Shown: positions 48,012 to 58,318 of the stretch, in pieces
Layout: every line of letters starts with the position of its first letter
Position numbering within the stretch: position 1 is the stretch's first letter
Virus record (IMG/VR): IMGVR_UViG_3300028837_002886
Location: 32,001 to 96,000 of that record
Reading direction: 5' to 3' (one strand)
Origin: a virus
DNA length: 64,000 nt
Position numbers and translations under genes: made by a program
Notes under the pieces: generated by a model
Told to the model about the DNA's origin: nothing
Databases searched by the model: none
Seen by the model: the letters and a program-made list of their open reading frames with translations, nothing else

Positions 48012-49118
48012 CTAAAACTTCGGCTGGTCGTACATTATATGATTACCGTCTTTCTTCGGGTATCTGGTGTTAGGGTCTTGAGTTATTACGTAAAAAATAT
48101 TATCTTCACTCGTGCCATAGACTTTTCCTAAAGTCTGTTTCGTCATCGGACTAAAGCCGCCATCGGTGAAGATCACCAGAAATGGTGCTGTTGAGTATTT
48201 AGTGCCCAGCAAAGACCTAACTACCTGCGTGTCCGATGGACCCAACTGTAGCAAAAATTTGCCGTCTTTCTCTTCTTTGATTAAAGTTTCGTCGATATAT
48301 CTAAATATAGAGCCAGGGTCAGTGCCTCCACCACCCTTGACTTCTATCTTTTTGCTCGGTTTAAATTCCATGAATTGGTGTACCGTAGTATCCCACTCCA
48401 TAGCAAACACTTTACCAGAAACACCACCTGCTGCCGCCTCAAACGTCTTGGCTACAGAGTTGAGTTCGTTGACTACGTTTTGCATGTCGTCAGCAGTGAT
48501 AGAACCAGAAGTATCAAATGCGAATATCATGTAGATATAATTCTTTTTTGGTTTTCTTAGAGGCGCCTTCGCTATAATACCGACCTGTGCTTGTGCCTTC
48601 CATGGATACATAAGATAGCTTGGATGCTGTTTTAATTTCTTACCGACCTTATCGGCAAAAAATCTGACTTTTTGTTTGAGCAATCTTGGCCAATCGATTT
48701 TGGCATCAATCAAAGGTCCAAAAACTTGTAAACTGTTTCCGGCCTCTTTACCTGCCTTACCTCCCATACGATGAGTTTTGCGTTTAGCTTCATCATAAAC
48801 CCGTTTTATAACACCTCTGGCTGTGCCGTCGCTCTTGTCGATTATTTTTTCGGTATCGGTTAGAGTGCCACGTTTCTTTTCGCCCTCTTTAGGTTTGGCC
48901 TCTCCGGGCTTACCTTTTCCTGGTTTACCTTCTGCCGGCAGCTCCTCGACACCCTTTTTATCCTCGCCTTCTCCGGGTTGTGGCTGTCCGGCCGGAGGAG
49001 GGCCAAAAGGCCATACCTCAACATCTTCGGGGGCCTGTACGGCACCACCTTCGCCCGGCGCGCCTTGCGGCTGACCGGGCACTATAGGTGTTAGTTCATC
49101 GAAAGTATAGGTTGGCAT
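48012..49118 (-). CDS. Stand-alone VWA-domain protein
   Basis: Pro/Gly-rich N-terminus, IDWPRLL, FDTSGS, GGGGT, FTDG. Confidence 0.88.
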   Translation of the reverse strand: MPTYTFDELTPIVPGQPQGAPGEGGAVQAPEDVEVWPFGPPPAGQPQPGEGEDKKGVEELPAEGKPGKGKPGEAKPKEGEKKRGTLTDTEKIIDKSDGTARGVIKRVYDEAKRKTHRMGGKAGKEAGNSLQVFGPLIDAKIDWPRLLKQKVRFFADKVGKKLKQHPSYLMYPWKAQAQVGIIAKAPLRKPKKNYIYMIFAFDTSGSITADDMQNVVNELNSVAKTFEAAAGGVSGKVFAMEWDTTVHQFMEFKPSKKIEVKGGGGTDPGSIFRYIDETLIKEEKDGKFLLQLGPSDTQVVRSLLGTKYSTAPFLVIFTDGGFSPMTKQTLGKVYGTSEDNIFYVITQDPNTRYPKKDGNHIMYDQPKF

Positions 49119-49126
49119 TTGCTACC

Positions 49127-49573
49127 TTACTTTTTAGTCTTAAGCTTTGCGGCTGTCGTGTTGAGAACACCGATCGTTTTGTTCTCAAGCAGATCCTTGA
49201 TTGTCTCAAGTAACTTCAGAAAGTTCATATCACCGCTTTTTGATACCTCAACGAATGTGGTAGCATCGATTGCTTCACTCACGCTTTCACCAAATTCGGC
49301 TCCCATTCCTTTCTTTGCTGCAACAGCTTCTTTGGACTTTGGCTCCATTGCGATAATTTCCCACTTATCGTTTTCGAAGTCATTACTGTCCTGCTTGAGA
49401 CCGATCACGATGTTGTATTTCTCGGGAACGTATGCCCACTTAAAACCATACTTTTTCTTGATGGCATCAGGCACGTTCTCACCATGCATCATGGCCTCTG
49501 TCAGAGCTTGCTCTGCGCCTTTCTCTGACTTTTCCTCGAGCATGTCCATAAACTTATCGAGTTGCATGCGCAT
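49127..49573 (-). CDS. Hypothetical protein with CTS-like leader
   Basis: MRMQLDKFMDMLEE; behind AAGATAA. Confidence 0.7.
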   Translation of the reverse strand: MRMQLDKFMDMLEEKSEKGAEQALTEAMMHGENVPDAIKKKYGFKWAYVPEKYNIVIGLKQDSNDFENDKWEIIAMEPKSKEAVAAKKGMGAEFGESVSEAIDATTFVEVSKSGDMNFLKLLETIKDLLENKTIGVLNTTAAKLKTKK

Positions 49574-49583
49574 TTCTCCTTAC

Positions 49584-50189
49584 CTAGGTTTTTATTATCT
49601 TATCATCACTAAGCTGATTACTGCTAGCTGCAATCAACTTTTTTAGATTGTCGTATTCATTCCACAAAGTCGTGGGCATTAATCTTTTGAAATTCTCTTC
49701 GTTACTGTCTAGCAAAGCCTTTCGTACCCTTGTGGCGCTCACGCTTTCGTCTTCACGAGATATTGTTTGGACTTCTACTTTGGCGCCGTCTTCATAATAA
49801 TCCTCAATATGTTTCCTATACTCGTCGGCGCGATCTTCGCCAGCAAACAGAACAAAGTGAGCTTTTGTTTTTTGTTTGCTGATATATCTCGACAGCCTTT
49901 GTACTATATGAGGCGTGAAACCGGTCGGAGCTTTTATAATGTGGGTCTTCGGTATTTTACCCGCAAAAGCTTTATGGATCAGCTTCTCGCGCTGTTGAAA
50001 CGTGAGCGGATTATTTTTCCTTGACCGTCCTGCCACTATTATCACGAATAAGTCGCGGTACTTTTTTCGAGCGTCGTCGATTATGTTATAGTGCGCTACG
50101 GTCAAAGGTTGCATCCGCCCAAAAAACAAGGCTGTGCCTTCTAAGTGTCCTTCAAATAATACATCTCTGATTATAGTGTTAATGTTCAT
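49584..50189 (-). CDS. HxGH-superfamily cytidylyl/adenylyltransferase-like protein
   Basis: FGRMQPLTVAH, NPLTFQQR, AGEDR, VSATRVR; start MNINTII behind AAGATAA. Confidence 0.85.
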   Translation of the reverse strand: MNINTIIRDVLFEGHLEGTALFFGRMQPLTVAHYNIIDDARKKYRDLFVIIVAGRSRKNNPLTFQQREKLIHKAFAGKIPKTHIIKAPTGFTPHIVQRLSRYISKQKTKAHFVLFAGEDRADEYRKHIEDYYEDGAKVEVQTISREDESVSATRVRKALLDSNEENFKRLMPTTLWNEYDNLKKLIAASSNQLSDDKIIKT

Positions 50190-50208
50190 AGCACCATTAT
50201 CTTTACGA

Positions 50209-50781
50209 TTAGTTAGTAATAATCTTATTACTTTTTCGTATATTGTCTTTTGCCCATAATGGTTGGAGATTACACAAAGCCCAGCATTGTTTGAATTCTG
50301 GATATTCAGGTTTCTCAAATTTCCACGCAGATCTTGGAATTATGTGATCTATATGCCATTGACCATAGTTGTTCCAAGACATACCAGGCTGGAATAGATT
50401 TTCGAGGTGTTCTTTAAGTTGTTGTAAAGTATAACCAACTAGTTCTTCCCAGTGTCTCCCAGATTTGCTTTCCTTAAGCGAATGATACATCATACTGCCG
50501 ACACTATTATTTAATCTATAATTAAGATCGTTTTTTTGTTTATCTGCTAGCCGAAGCTTAAGATACTCATTTAATCTTCCATTATTGTTTTGCTTCCATT
50601 GCCGACAGCTTTCCTTATGTTTTTCCCAGTTATTCAAGCGCCATTGTTTATTTGATTCCTTAATTTTTTCCTTGTTACTATTGCGATATATTCTAGAGCG
50701 CTCTTTCTCTTCTTCTAAATGAGTAGATCTATATTGTTTGTTATATCTACGTTGTCTGGTTCTCTTTTTCTCTCCGGTCAT
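50209..50781 (-). CDS. HNH homing endonuclease
   Basis: GMSWNNYGQWHIDHIIP...NLQPLWAKDNIRKSNK. Confidence 0.9.
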   Translation of the reverse strand: MTGEKKRTRQRRYNKQYRSTHLEEEKERSRIYRNSNKEKIKESNKQWRLNNWEKHKESCRQWKQNNNGRLNEYLKLRLADKQKNDLNYRLNNSVGSMMYHSLKESKSGRHWEELVGYTLQQLKEHLENLFQPGMSWNNYGQWHIDHIIPRSAWKFEKPEYPEFKQCWALCNLQPLWAKDNIRKSNKIITN

Positions 50782-52199
50782 TAATACTTCTCCAAAACTA
50801 TCTTTTGGAACCCCTCTCCACGATAGGCCTTTATTCTCTCTTTACTATGGCGCTCAAGATAGCGGTTAGTGGCATCATAAAAGTCATAGATTACAACTTC
50901 ACGTTTGGTGTCTGTTTTACGCAACGCTCGGCCCAATCTTTGAAGAGCCCTTATGAATGATTTGCCGCCTGCCGTCACTATTAAAGTTTTGAGTTCTTGG
51001 ATGTCTATACCCTCGTCTAAAATAGTGGAACCAATAAGGATTATATCCTTGCCTTCTTCAAACTCTTTTATGGCCTGCTCGCGCTCTTCTACTTTGGTGT
51101 CGCCGTAAATGAACACAGAGTTTGGGATCATCTTGTTCAGCTTTTCGCCATGAATGATATTTTTAACAAGCACTAAAACAGGTTCAGGCGCATTTTTAGC
51201 AAGCTCTACTATTTTTTCATTTCGATAATGGTTATGTATTATACCGCCTCGTTCTGCCCCGACCCAGCCGTATTCCTCTATATTGCGATTGTAAATCTTG
51301 GGGCCGCTCTTGAGCTTTTTTCTCTGAGTTACTTTATTTATGGGCACGATATGAATAGTAGGCTCAGCCAACCATCCTTCATCGACCAATTGCTTGGCAC
51401 CCAAATCGAACTTGGCCTCACCGAACCAAGCTTTTACAAGAGCGTTGTGAAGTTTATCCTTACTAAATGGAGTTGCCGATAATCCGAGTTTGTAGTGAGC
51501 GTTGACAAGCTGAGATAACAGCGTTTGATACGTAGGCGCATTTGCCCTGTGAACCTCATCAACAAATACCATTTTAAAGTTCTGCCTTATTGTCGGGTCT
51601 ATCTTACGTGCGGACTGAATGGTTGCTATTGTGATTTTATCAGGCCTATAGTTGGTGCCCTGAACTATACCTATGTTGGTGAGGCCATCTTCCCTGAACT
51701 TCTTCTCTGTTTGATGAATAAGGTCCTTCTTGTGGGCCAACACAAGAGTGGGCACATCCAATAACTTTATAATGGCGGCCATAATTTTTGTTTTGCCAGA
51801 TGCGGTAGCCGATTTGATAATCATTTGCTGCTCTTTTAAAAACATTTTGACAGCGTCTATTTGATATGGTCGTAACTCAACATTGAGACAGTTTTTTATC
51901 TCGCCGGCAGTAAAGTTGTGAGTGTGCTTCTGACGATGATCGACTATTTGATAGTTCAGGTTTTCTATATTATCTAATAGCTTTTTTAGTTCCTCGAAGA
52001 GGCCTATTGGCAGGCCAGCGTGCTGCTTGTTTTGAAATTTGAGAAGTTTTACTATACGCACATTGTGTTTTTGGAACCTGCCATATGTAAAGGCTTGGGA
52101 TATATCTCGGTAGGTAAACTTTTTGGAAATATGCTCTAATAAATAATTACGTGCAGTGATAGCGATGAAATTATTTGTTAACTCCACTTTACAAAGCAT
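50781..52199 (-). CDS. uvsW: SF2 DNA helicase, UvsW-like
   Basis: LRPYQ, ATASGKT, DEVH, SAT, QRLGRALR, IYDFYD. Confidence 0.8.
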   Translation of the reverse strand: MLCKVELTNNFIAITARNYLLEHISKKFTYRDISQAFTYGRFQKHNVRIVKLLKFQNKQHAGLPIGLFEELKKLLDNIENLNYQIVDHRQKHTHNFTAGEIKNCLNVELRPYQIDAVKMFLKEQQMIIKSATASGKTKIMAAIIKLLDVPTLVLAHKKDLIHQTEKKFREDGLTNIGIVQGTNYRPDKITIATIQSARKIDPTIRQNFKMVFVDEVHRANAPTYQTLLSQLVNAHYKLGLSATPFSKDKLHNALVKAWFGEAKFDLGAKQLVDEGWLAEPTIHIVPINKVTQRKKLKSGPKIYNRNIEEYGWVGAERGGIIHNHYRNEKIVELAKNAPEPVLVLVKNIIHGEKLNKMIPNSVFIYGDTKVEEREQAIKEFEEGKDIILIGSTILDEGIDIQELKTLIVTAGGKSFIRALQRLGRALRKTDTKREVVIYDFYDATNRYLERHSKERIKAYRGEGFQKIVLEKY

Positions 52200-52221
52200 G
52201 TTTTCACCTGGATTATATTAA

Positions 52222-52416
52222 TTACTTTTGTTTCTTTTTCCAAGCCTTTAGGGCTTTTTCATATTCTTCTTCAGAATCGAATTCTTCTATTTTCGGGCAA
52301 TTACCCATTCTTCTACCTTTCCCAGACATTCCGGGTGCTGGCCCCGAACCATCTGGTATTCCTCTTACGCCTTTCCAACCTTCTGTCAATTTATCAAGCA
52401 GCTTTTGTAAAGTCAT
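52222..52416 (-). CDS. Small protein with CTS-like leader and PDGSGP..GRRMGNC motif
   Basis: MTLQKLLDKLTE. Confidence 0.6.
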   Translation of the reverse strand: MTLQKLLDKLTEGWKGVRGIPDGSGPAPGMSGKGRRMGNCPKIEEFDSEEEYEKALKAWKKKQK

Positions 52417-52428
52417 TTTGGTGTCCTC

Positions 52429-52569
52429 TCACTTTTTCTTCTTTTTTTTAGGCTTAGGTTTCTCGTCTACCTCTTTGGCTTCTGGTTCTTCGGCTACTTC
52501 TTTTTCGGCGCTTACTTCTTTATCAAAAATACCTTCTTGTAGTTTCTTTAGCAGATCTTCAAACCTCAT
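52429..52569 (-). CDS. 46-aa charged peptide with CTS-like leader
   Basis: Translated by hand: MRFEDLLKKLQE...KPKPKKKKKK; GGAGG RBS. Confidence 0.6.
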   Translation of the reverse strand: MRFEDLLKKLQEGIFDKEVSAEKEVAEEPEAKEVDEKPKPKKKKKK

Positions 52570-52598
52570 ACGTTCCTCCGTTTATATATGATCTACGA

Positions 52599-53734
52599 TT
52601 ATCTTTGTGGGGACAATAGTATCTTTGCAATATTTGACTTAATGAGGGATCTGATATCTTCTTTAGTGGTGTCGCGGTCTACCCAAATACTAAATATCTC
52701 ACTAAGTATCTCTTGGTGAGGAGTGCTTTTGGGCCACACTTTGTATAACATAAATTTCGCATGCGTGCGCACAAATATTTTGTTCTCTATTTCATCTGTA
52801 TAATCCAGAACCGAGAAATTGTAGCCTTCCAGTTGTTCCTCTTGTATTTCTTCTACAACTTCTTCTATTTCATCTATTAACGTCATTTCTCAAAAAAGCT
52901 TTGGAGATCTCTTTCCTTACTTTTCGTTTCACCTCCCCGATTGTAGCCCCCTCCCTGAAATATACTTTTGCTATCTCATATTCCATATATGATACTTTTG
53001 CTACATAGTCCTCGTTGTGTATGACAACCTCATAAGTGCGATCTTTAATATTCATTAGCTCGCCTGGAAATGTAACACTAAAATTATGACCTGTTTGCTC
53101 ATTGATCCGCATCAAAAGCATCCCCAGTTCCTCGTACATTTTTTCCATGTCATATAAACGATCATCGATTTTTGGAAACATAAGTTTCATTTCTTTAAAA
53201 GCCATTTCGCTAACGCCTTTTCTAGTAGCTTTGGTATTTCTTCCATTCGCATAGCATTTGCTCTTATGTTTATAATGTCAACAGTAAAAGTATTGCTCAT
53301 ATAATCCTGGTCGTCCGGTCTTGTTGCCAGATTTGAATCCACAATAGTACGCATTATAAAAGAAATGTGGTATTCGAAAGAATAATCCACGGGCATTACT
53401 CTGATTACGTTCGTATCTAAATAGTACATGTGGCAATTAAACACCTCATTGAAGTGCTTGGCCGATGCGACGGCACATTTTGTTATTTTTATTTCATCGC
53501 TAGTATAACTCACCTCAACAACAACCTCTTTGCTTTCGCAATGCGGCCCATTCGCTTAACTAAAGGGTGATCCAATATGCTATCAAATCTTTCGCCCTGA
53601 CGGTTTCGTATCTGACCTTTGTCCAGATACATAACAGACCACTCTTTCTCTCCTTTGAAGATGATGTTGGCCATTTCTATAGATGTTTTAAGCCGCTCTC
53701 TCCGTTCTGCTTCCTTGTCTGTTATTTGGCCCAT
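52599..53734 (-). CDS. Four overlapping small genes with C-terminal AKxLL-type motif (52599-52886, 52870-53205, 53187-53513, 53510-53734)
   Basis: Ends: IAKILLSPQR, ISKAFLRND, LAKWLLKK, KAKRLLLR. Confidence 0.7.
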
Positions 53735-55386
53735 TCGTATTTCTCTATATTCGCTTTTGTATATATATGCTTGAGCTCGAGTTTTACTTCTTTAGCCCAA
53801 CCGAATGTAATCCTTGGGCTTACATATGACGCCAATGATGTGCCGAGGTTCAGGTCCAATGACTTTTTCTGTAGGTATGTCTGAAGCTTAAGTTTTTCAA
53901 CCTGTTCTTCAAGTCTGATGATCCGTTTTGCCCACATATCTTTTTTGTGTCTGTAAGATTTGTTGGCCCTGTAAATGGCTCCTCTTAGGTTCGAGTTCTT
54001 GTATTTTCTTTTATAGTTGGCAACCTTTCTTTGTTTTTCTTTCAAGGCTTGCGACAGCTCCTTCTTGCTTATTTCTTTATATGCCTTTAGGAGCTTTTTC
54101 TTGTCTATGAGTTTTGCTTGTTTATTTTTCAAACCCTTTTTAGCTGCTTCCGTCGGTGTCTTGCGATGGTTGAGTTTCTTGGCCACCAGCATATTTGCTT
54201 CTTTGAAAATCTTGATCTTTTCATTAACAGAAAGGTTCTTATCTTTATGCTCATTCAAGTAGTTTCTCATAATAGCGGTTGCTAATGCTGTCCGGAAAAC
54301 TTTCGCAGTAAGACATGGCTCAAACTGTCCCAAGAGTTCGTTGACATCCTTGGATGTTACATTGGCGAAAACCTGGTCATCGGGCTTCTTGTTTTCCATG
54401 AGCTTCTTTATGTTAGCCACCGTCTTTGCCGGTAGCTCCGCATAATCGCTGTATAATATACTGTCCTTGCCTAGAAACTTGAAGTATGTATAATGCTCAT
54501 TGTCGTCGGAAAACTCGATATGCTTTCTCAGTAAAGTGGTAGCTCCGTATGTGTCAGCTTCGTCTTCATCTTTTTCATCACCAACCCTGAAACCGAGTCG
54601 GGCTATCAAACTACACACAACTGCGGTTTCCCTGTCGAACTTGCTGTCCATTCTGCTGTCGATAAAGTCAATCGCTTCCGGCATTTTGTCAATCAGCTTC
54701 ATGGCTTTTTCGAACTTTTCGACATCATTGGTTTGTCTGATGTATGCCTTGGGACTTGGCATAACATACTTGTAATTACCGGTGAGTTTATCAAACCAAA
54801 ACGCGAACCACATCGCATCATGATTGTGAACGATGTTTCCCCATTTGCCAGCGGGATTGGGAGCATTTTCCCCAACGTTAAGGGTGACATCTTCAGAAGT
54901 GACGCGAGGCTTCCACCTGCCCCTAAGTGGATTTTTACCTCGACCCATAAATATTCCGGGCGGCTCGATTATATAGTTTGCAATCTCTATTTTTTTGCCA
55001 TCCATGATGGCAACGCCGAACTTTTCTTTGCGAGCCGCCTTTTCGGCTTTTTCTTCTTCTTTTTCCTCTTTGCCCCTATTTTTCTTCTTTTCTTTCTCTA
55101 TTTGAATTTTGTTGTAGTATTCCGTGAAATCCCAATCATCGGGGAACCTTGTCGCGACCAAGTCAGCAGGGAGCTTTTTCTTCAGGTCGGCCCAGAAGTT
55201 TTTCTGATAAACCTTGTCAAGAACATACTGAGTTTGGAGCCTGGCTGCCCAATGATAAATCATTTCTTCGGCATCCGGATTACCATTGAACGATACTGGC
55301 TTTCCTTGAACCTTTATTGGAAAACCTTTGGGTTCGAAAGGTGGTGAAAATGATGGGCCATTGTGTCTAAGAGTTGTCCACTTCAT
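53722..55386 (-). CDS. DNA topoisomerase IB, long eukaryote/archaea type
   Basis: KWTTLRHNGP, EPPGIFMGRG; catalytic pentad FRVGDEK, FLGKDSI, AKVFRT, LNH, GTSLASYVSPRI. Confidence 0.95.
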   Translation of the reverse strand: MKWTTLRHNGPSFSPPFEPKGFPIKVQGKPVSFNGNPDAEEMIYHWAARLQTQYVLDKVYQKNFWADLKKKLPADLVATRFPDDWDFTEYYNKIQIEKEKKKNRGKEEKEEEKAEKAARKEKFGVAIMDGKKIEIANYIIEPPGIFMGRGKNPLRGRWKPRVTSEDVTLNVGENAPNPAGKWGNIVHNHDAMWFAFWFDKLTGNYKYVMPSPKAYIRQTNDVEKFEKAMKLIDKMPEAIDFIDSRMDSKFDRETAVVCSLIARLGFRVGDEKDEDEADTYGATTLLRKHIEFSDDNEHYTYFKFLGKDSILYSDYAELPAKTVANIKKLMENKKPDDQVFANVTSKDVNELLGQFEPCLTAKVFRTALATAIMRNYLNEHKDKNLSVNEKIKIFKEANMLVAKKLNHRKTPTEAAKKGLKNKQAKLIDKKKLLKAYKEISKKELSQALKEKQRKVANYKRKYKNSNLRGAIYRANKSYRHKKDMWAKRIIRLEEQVEKLKLQTYLQKKSLDLNLGTSLASYVSPRITFGWAKEVKLELKHIYTKANIEKYEWAK

Positions 55387-55775
55387 AATAGAACATCCGC
55401 CTTTAGTAAGAGTTTTGCTTTTTCCCTCTTGGTTATTTCTCTATAAAAGCCGTCGATAAGCAGTTGGTATATATCCATCTTGTGCATCCGGTCAATGCCC
55501 GCGACCTCCAACGTATCGATATTTAGTTCAAAAACCTCTGTCATATGGCTGTATTTTATTTTTTGCTGACCTTTTCTGGGATGAAAATCTGTATCATCGA
55601 TATGGCCCGGATTAAATATGATATAGCGCTTATTTCTTATGTCATAAAGGACACGATTTTGCTTTATGTTGTAGAGAACTTTTATGTTACGCATTTTTGA
55701 TGGCATCTGCCTGCTCTCTAATGAGTTTTCTCGAACTATAGTAAAGCTTATCCCAGTTTTTTGTTCCGAAACCAA
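55383..55775 (-). CDS. Hypothetical protein, C-terminal AKxLL
   Basis: ITKREKAKLLL. Confidence 0.6.
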   Translation of the reverse strand: MVSEQKTGISFTIVRENSLESRQMPSKMRNIKVLYNIKQNRVLYDIRNKRYIIFNPGHIDDTDFHPRKGQQKIKYSHMTEVFELNIDTLEVAGIDRMHKMDIYQLLIDGFYREITKREKAKLLLKADVLL

Positions 55776-56022
55776 ACTCGGAAGCCTCGAGATTTTGTTT
55801 CTTTTTCTTGTTTACCCGCTTGGAGAGTTTTTCATAAAGACCGCTGCTCTGTCTATCTTCAAACTCGTCTAAAATTTGCTGGATTTTAGGACCTATATAT
55901 TTTGTACTGCCGTTTTTGACTGACTTGGCGGCATTGTGAAAAGCCCACTGTCTTGGATCGCCTGACCTTTTATAAAGTTCAGCGATTTCCTTCAGGTGTT
56001 GCGAAGCCGTCATTTTTATCAT
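55687..56022 (-). CDS. Stand-alone PolX N-terminal helix-hairpin-helix domain
   Basis: LKEIAELY...RQWAFHNAAKSV...IGPKIQQILDEF. Confidence 0.6.
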   Translation of the reverse strand: MIKMTASQHLKEIAELYKRSGDPRQWAFHNAAKSVKNGSTKYIGPKIQQILDEFEDRQSSGLYEKLSKRVNKKKKQNLEASEFGFGTKNWDKLYYSSRKLIREQADAIKNA

Positions 56023-56336
56023 TTAAGCTCTCTCTTTATTAATGTAGAATACTCATCAGCATTTTGAATAAACATTTGGTCATCAAGCGACCGCACTCCA
56101 CATATTATATATGCCTTTTCTTCTGGTAAGTATATATAATACATTCTAATGGCGCTGGAGATTACATCTTGAGGTTTAAATTCAAATCGGCTGGCAAAAG
56201 CTCTCAAGAGGTCGTTGTGATCATTTGCTACATTGCGAGAAACCAATATAGTTCCCTGATAAAGTATTATACGACCGCAGGATTGATCTAATTTACCGTC
56301 CTGAATGTAGCCTGGTGAGTGGAAGTATTTACTCAT
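56019..56336 (-). CDS. Hypothetical protein
   Basis: First gene behind the 56371 promoter. Confidence 0.7.
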   Translation of the reverse strand: MSKYFHSPGYIQDGKLDQSCGRIILYQGTILVSRNVANDHNDLLRAFASRFEFKPQDVISSAIRMYYIYLPEEKAYIICGVRSLDDQMFIQNADEYSTLIKRELK

Positions 56337-56342
56337 GTATAC

Positions 56343-56371
56343 ATTATAAGTGGTTTTTGCTGATTTGTAAA
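56343..56371 (-). promoter_or_regulatory. Sigma70-type promoter TTTACA-N17-TATAAT, leaderless
   Basis: 17-bp spacer; ATG 6 nt after the -10 box. Confidence 0.8.
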
Positions 56372-56376
56372 GCTTT

Positions 56377-58259
56377 TTATTTTCCGCGAAAAGGCGCGGT
56401 ATGAAAGAACATCGCTCTCATGGCGTCTTTTTTATAATCTGGATTAATTTTAATCGCCGGCGCGTATAACTCTGGTGAAACATAGCGCTTCCACCACGTT
56501 ACATCATCTATACAGTATTCATAACACAGAAGCCTCGGTCGAACCGGCAGGTATTCGATAGGAATAATTATAGAGAGAGATTTGGTCGCTTTCTTGTACA
56601 AGGGGATCGCTTTGCCTATCTCTAATACTGGTTTACGTGATTTCATTTAAGATACCATATGTTAATTAGTCGTTTCACCGTGTTTTTCTTTTCGGTTATG
56701 GACATCTTCTTGAAAGTGCCGATTTTATTTCTTAAAGGAAACGATAGCTCGGTTACAACCCAATATGGTTCATGCAACTTATATTGATATGAACGCCATG
56801 TTTCTCGGTTTCCCAACTCTTGTTTCTTATAGATTGGGATTATGATCTTTCGGATAGATCGCGAGCCGTCTTGAGATAATGTCGCAACAGCTATTGGCTT
56901 TCCGGGTATTATATTCATGGTCTTGGCAACCTGTCGAAAATCATGTTTAGAATAGTATATACGTTTTGTTTTATCCAGCCTTCGTTTGTACCGGCCCGGC
57001 CTCTCACATAGATTACTCCAGTGTGCTGCTCTCCATCATGGGATCGCCAAGCCTTATCATAATCAGCACCCCAATAAAAACCCTGCGAAGCTCTTGTTGG
57101 ATGACCCTGGGTGGAACCTTGGGGCCCGCCGTCTATCTCTATTGTGTTATTAGGATTGAGCCAGCCGCGGCCATATGCTTCTAATTCTTTAGGAATGCCG
57201 TGAACATCAGGAGGTTCGTTTTCGCCCAGCACAATATAGTTTATTCCTCTATATTGCTTGAGCTTCTTGCCTATTGGAGTTTTTGTCGTCAAAGGCAAAG
57301 ATAGTTCTTTCAGGATCTGTTTTAATTTCATTCTGTCTCTCGCATAGTGTCAAACAGAAAGTCTATAAGATTGCCCTTTTTAAAGCTATTCGGCGTCAGA
57401 GCGCCGTTATATACACTACTGCCAGGCGCCATGACTGATGATTTCGATGTGGTGTTTTTGTCGCCTAATAATATTTTATAATTAATAGTCTCGCCAGCAA
57501 CGGAAGTCACCTCTCCCACAAACCACGTGCCGCCGTAAGTTGCGTATATGAATTGATCACCTTTGTAGTATTTCATTTAATACTTTTCCCAGCAATGTCA
57601 AACAAAAACACTATGACTTCGGTTTTATCGATCTCGGAGTCCAGTTCGGCGCTATTATACACATCATCGCCAACCATCATAACACCACTCTTGCAGAATT
57701 CAGTGCTCTTGTCACTTAATATACGCGCATAACTATATTCAAGCGCTTTGGTGTCGTAATGTTGTATCTCTCCCACAAACCACGTGCCACTATAAGTTGC
57801 GTATATAAATTGATCGCCTTTGGAGTATTTCATATTAGTCTGGCCACTCCTCGAACATTGTCTTTACCACGAGATGTTTATTGCCTTCGCCTATTTTTAC
57901 CGCGTCGGTGTGTACATCATTAATAAAACGAAAAGAACCATGAGCCGGACAAAGTCTACTGGGTCTTGTTAACGATACGTATTCGTAATAATAATCACGC
58001 GTGATCCTGATAACCTTTAGCAAGTTAGGGTATACTATGCCCTTTTCTGGGTTATATACTATATCACCTGGTTTGAGTTTCATTTCACTATTTCCAGTTC
58101 GGTCTGGTCAGACAGCCCCCATCCAAGCAACCAAAAGATCATGTATCGTTTTGTAGAATAAGATAAATCCTCTTCGTCAGCGGGTTCGTGTGTATAGAGC
58201 CGTAATACTTGTTGGCCCGACTTTAGATAATCGAATTTGTAAGCAAACTTGTATTCCAT
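56377..58259 (-). CDS. Operon of seven small genes (56377-56646, 56643-56918, 56915-57331, 57328-57576, 57573-57833, 57835-58083, 58080-58259) sharing a C-terminal amphipathic motif
   Basis: Overlapping or abutting start/stop codons, behind AAGATAA at 58267-58273; 57328 and 57573 are paralogs (MKY.KGDQFIYATY.GTWFVGE). Confidence 0.7.
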
Positions 58260-58266
58260 AACACTA

Positions 58267-58291
58267 TTATCTTGGTGCCCGACAAAGATAA
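58267..58291. promoter_or_regulatory. Back-to-back divergent AAGATAA motifs at the strand switch
   Basis: TTATCTT(58267-58273)...AAGATAA(58285-58291), each pointing at a start codon. Confidence 0.7.
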
Positions 58292-58318
58292 TAATATATC
58301 AAAACGGAGGCAATAGAC

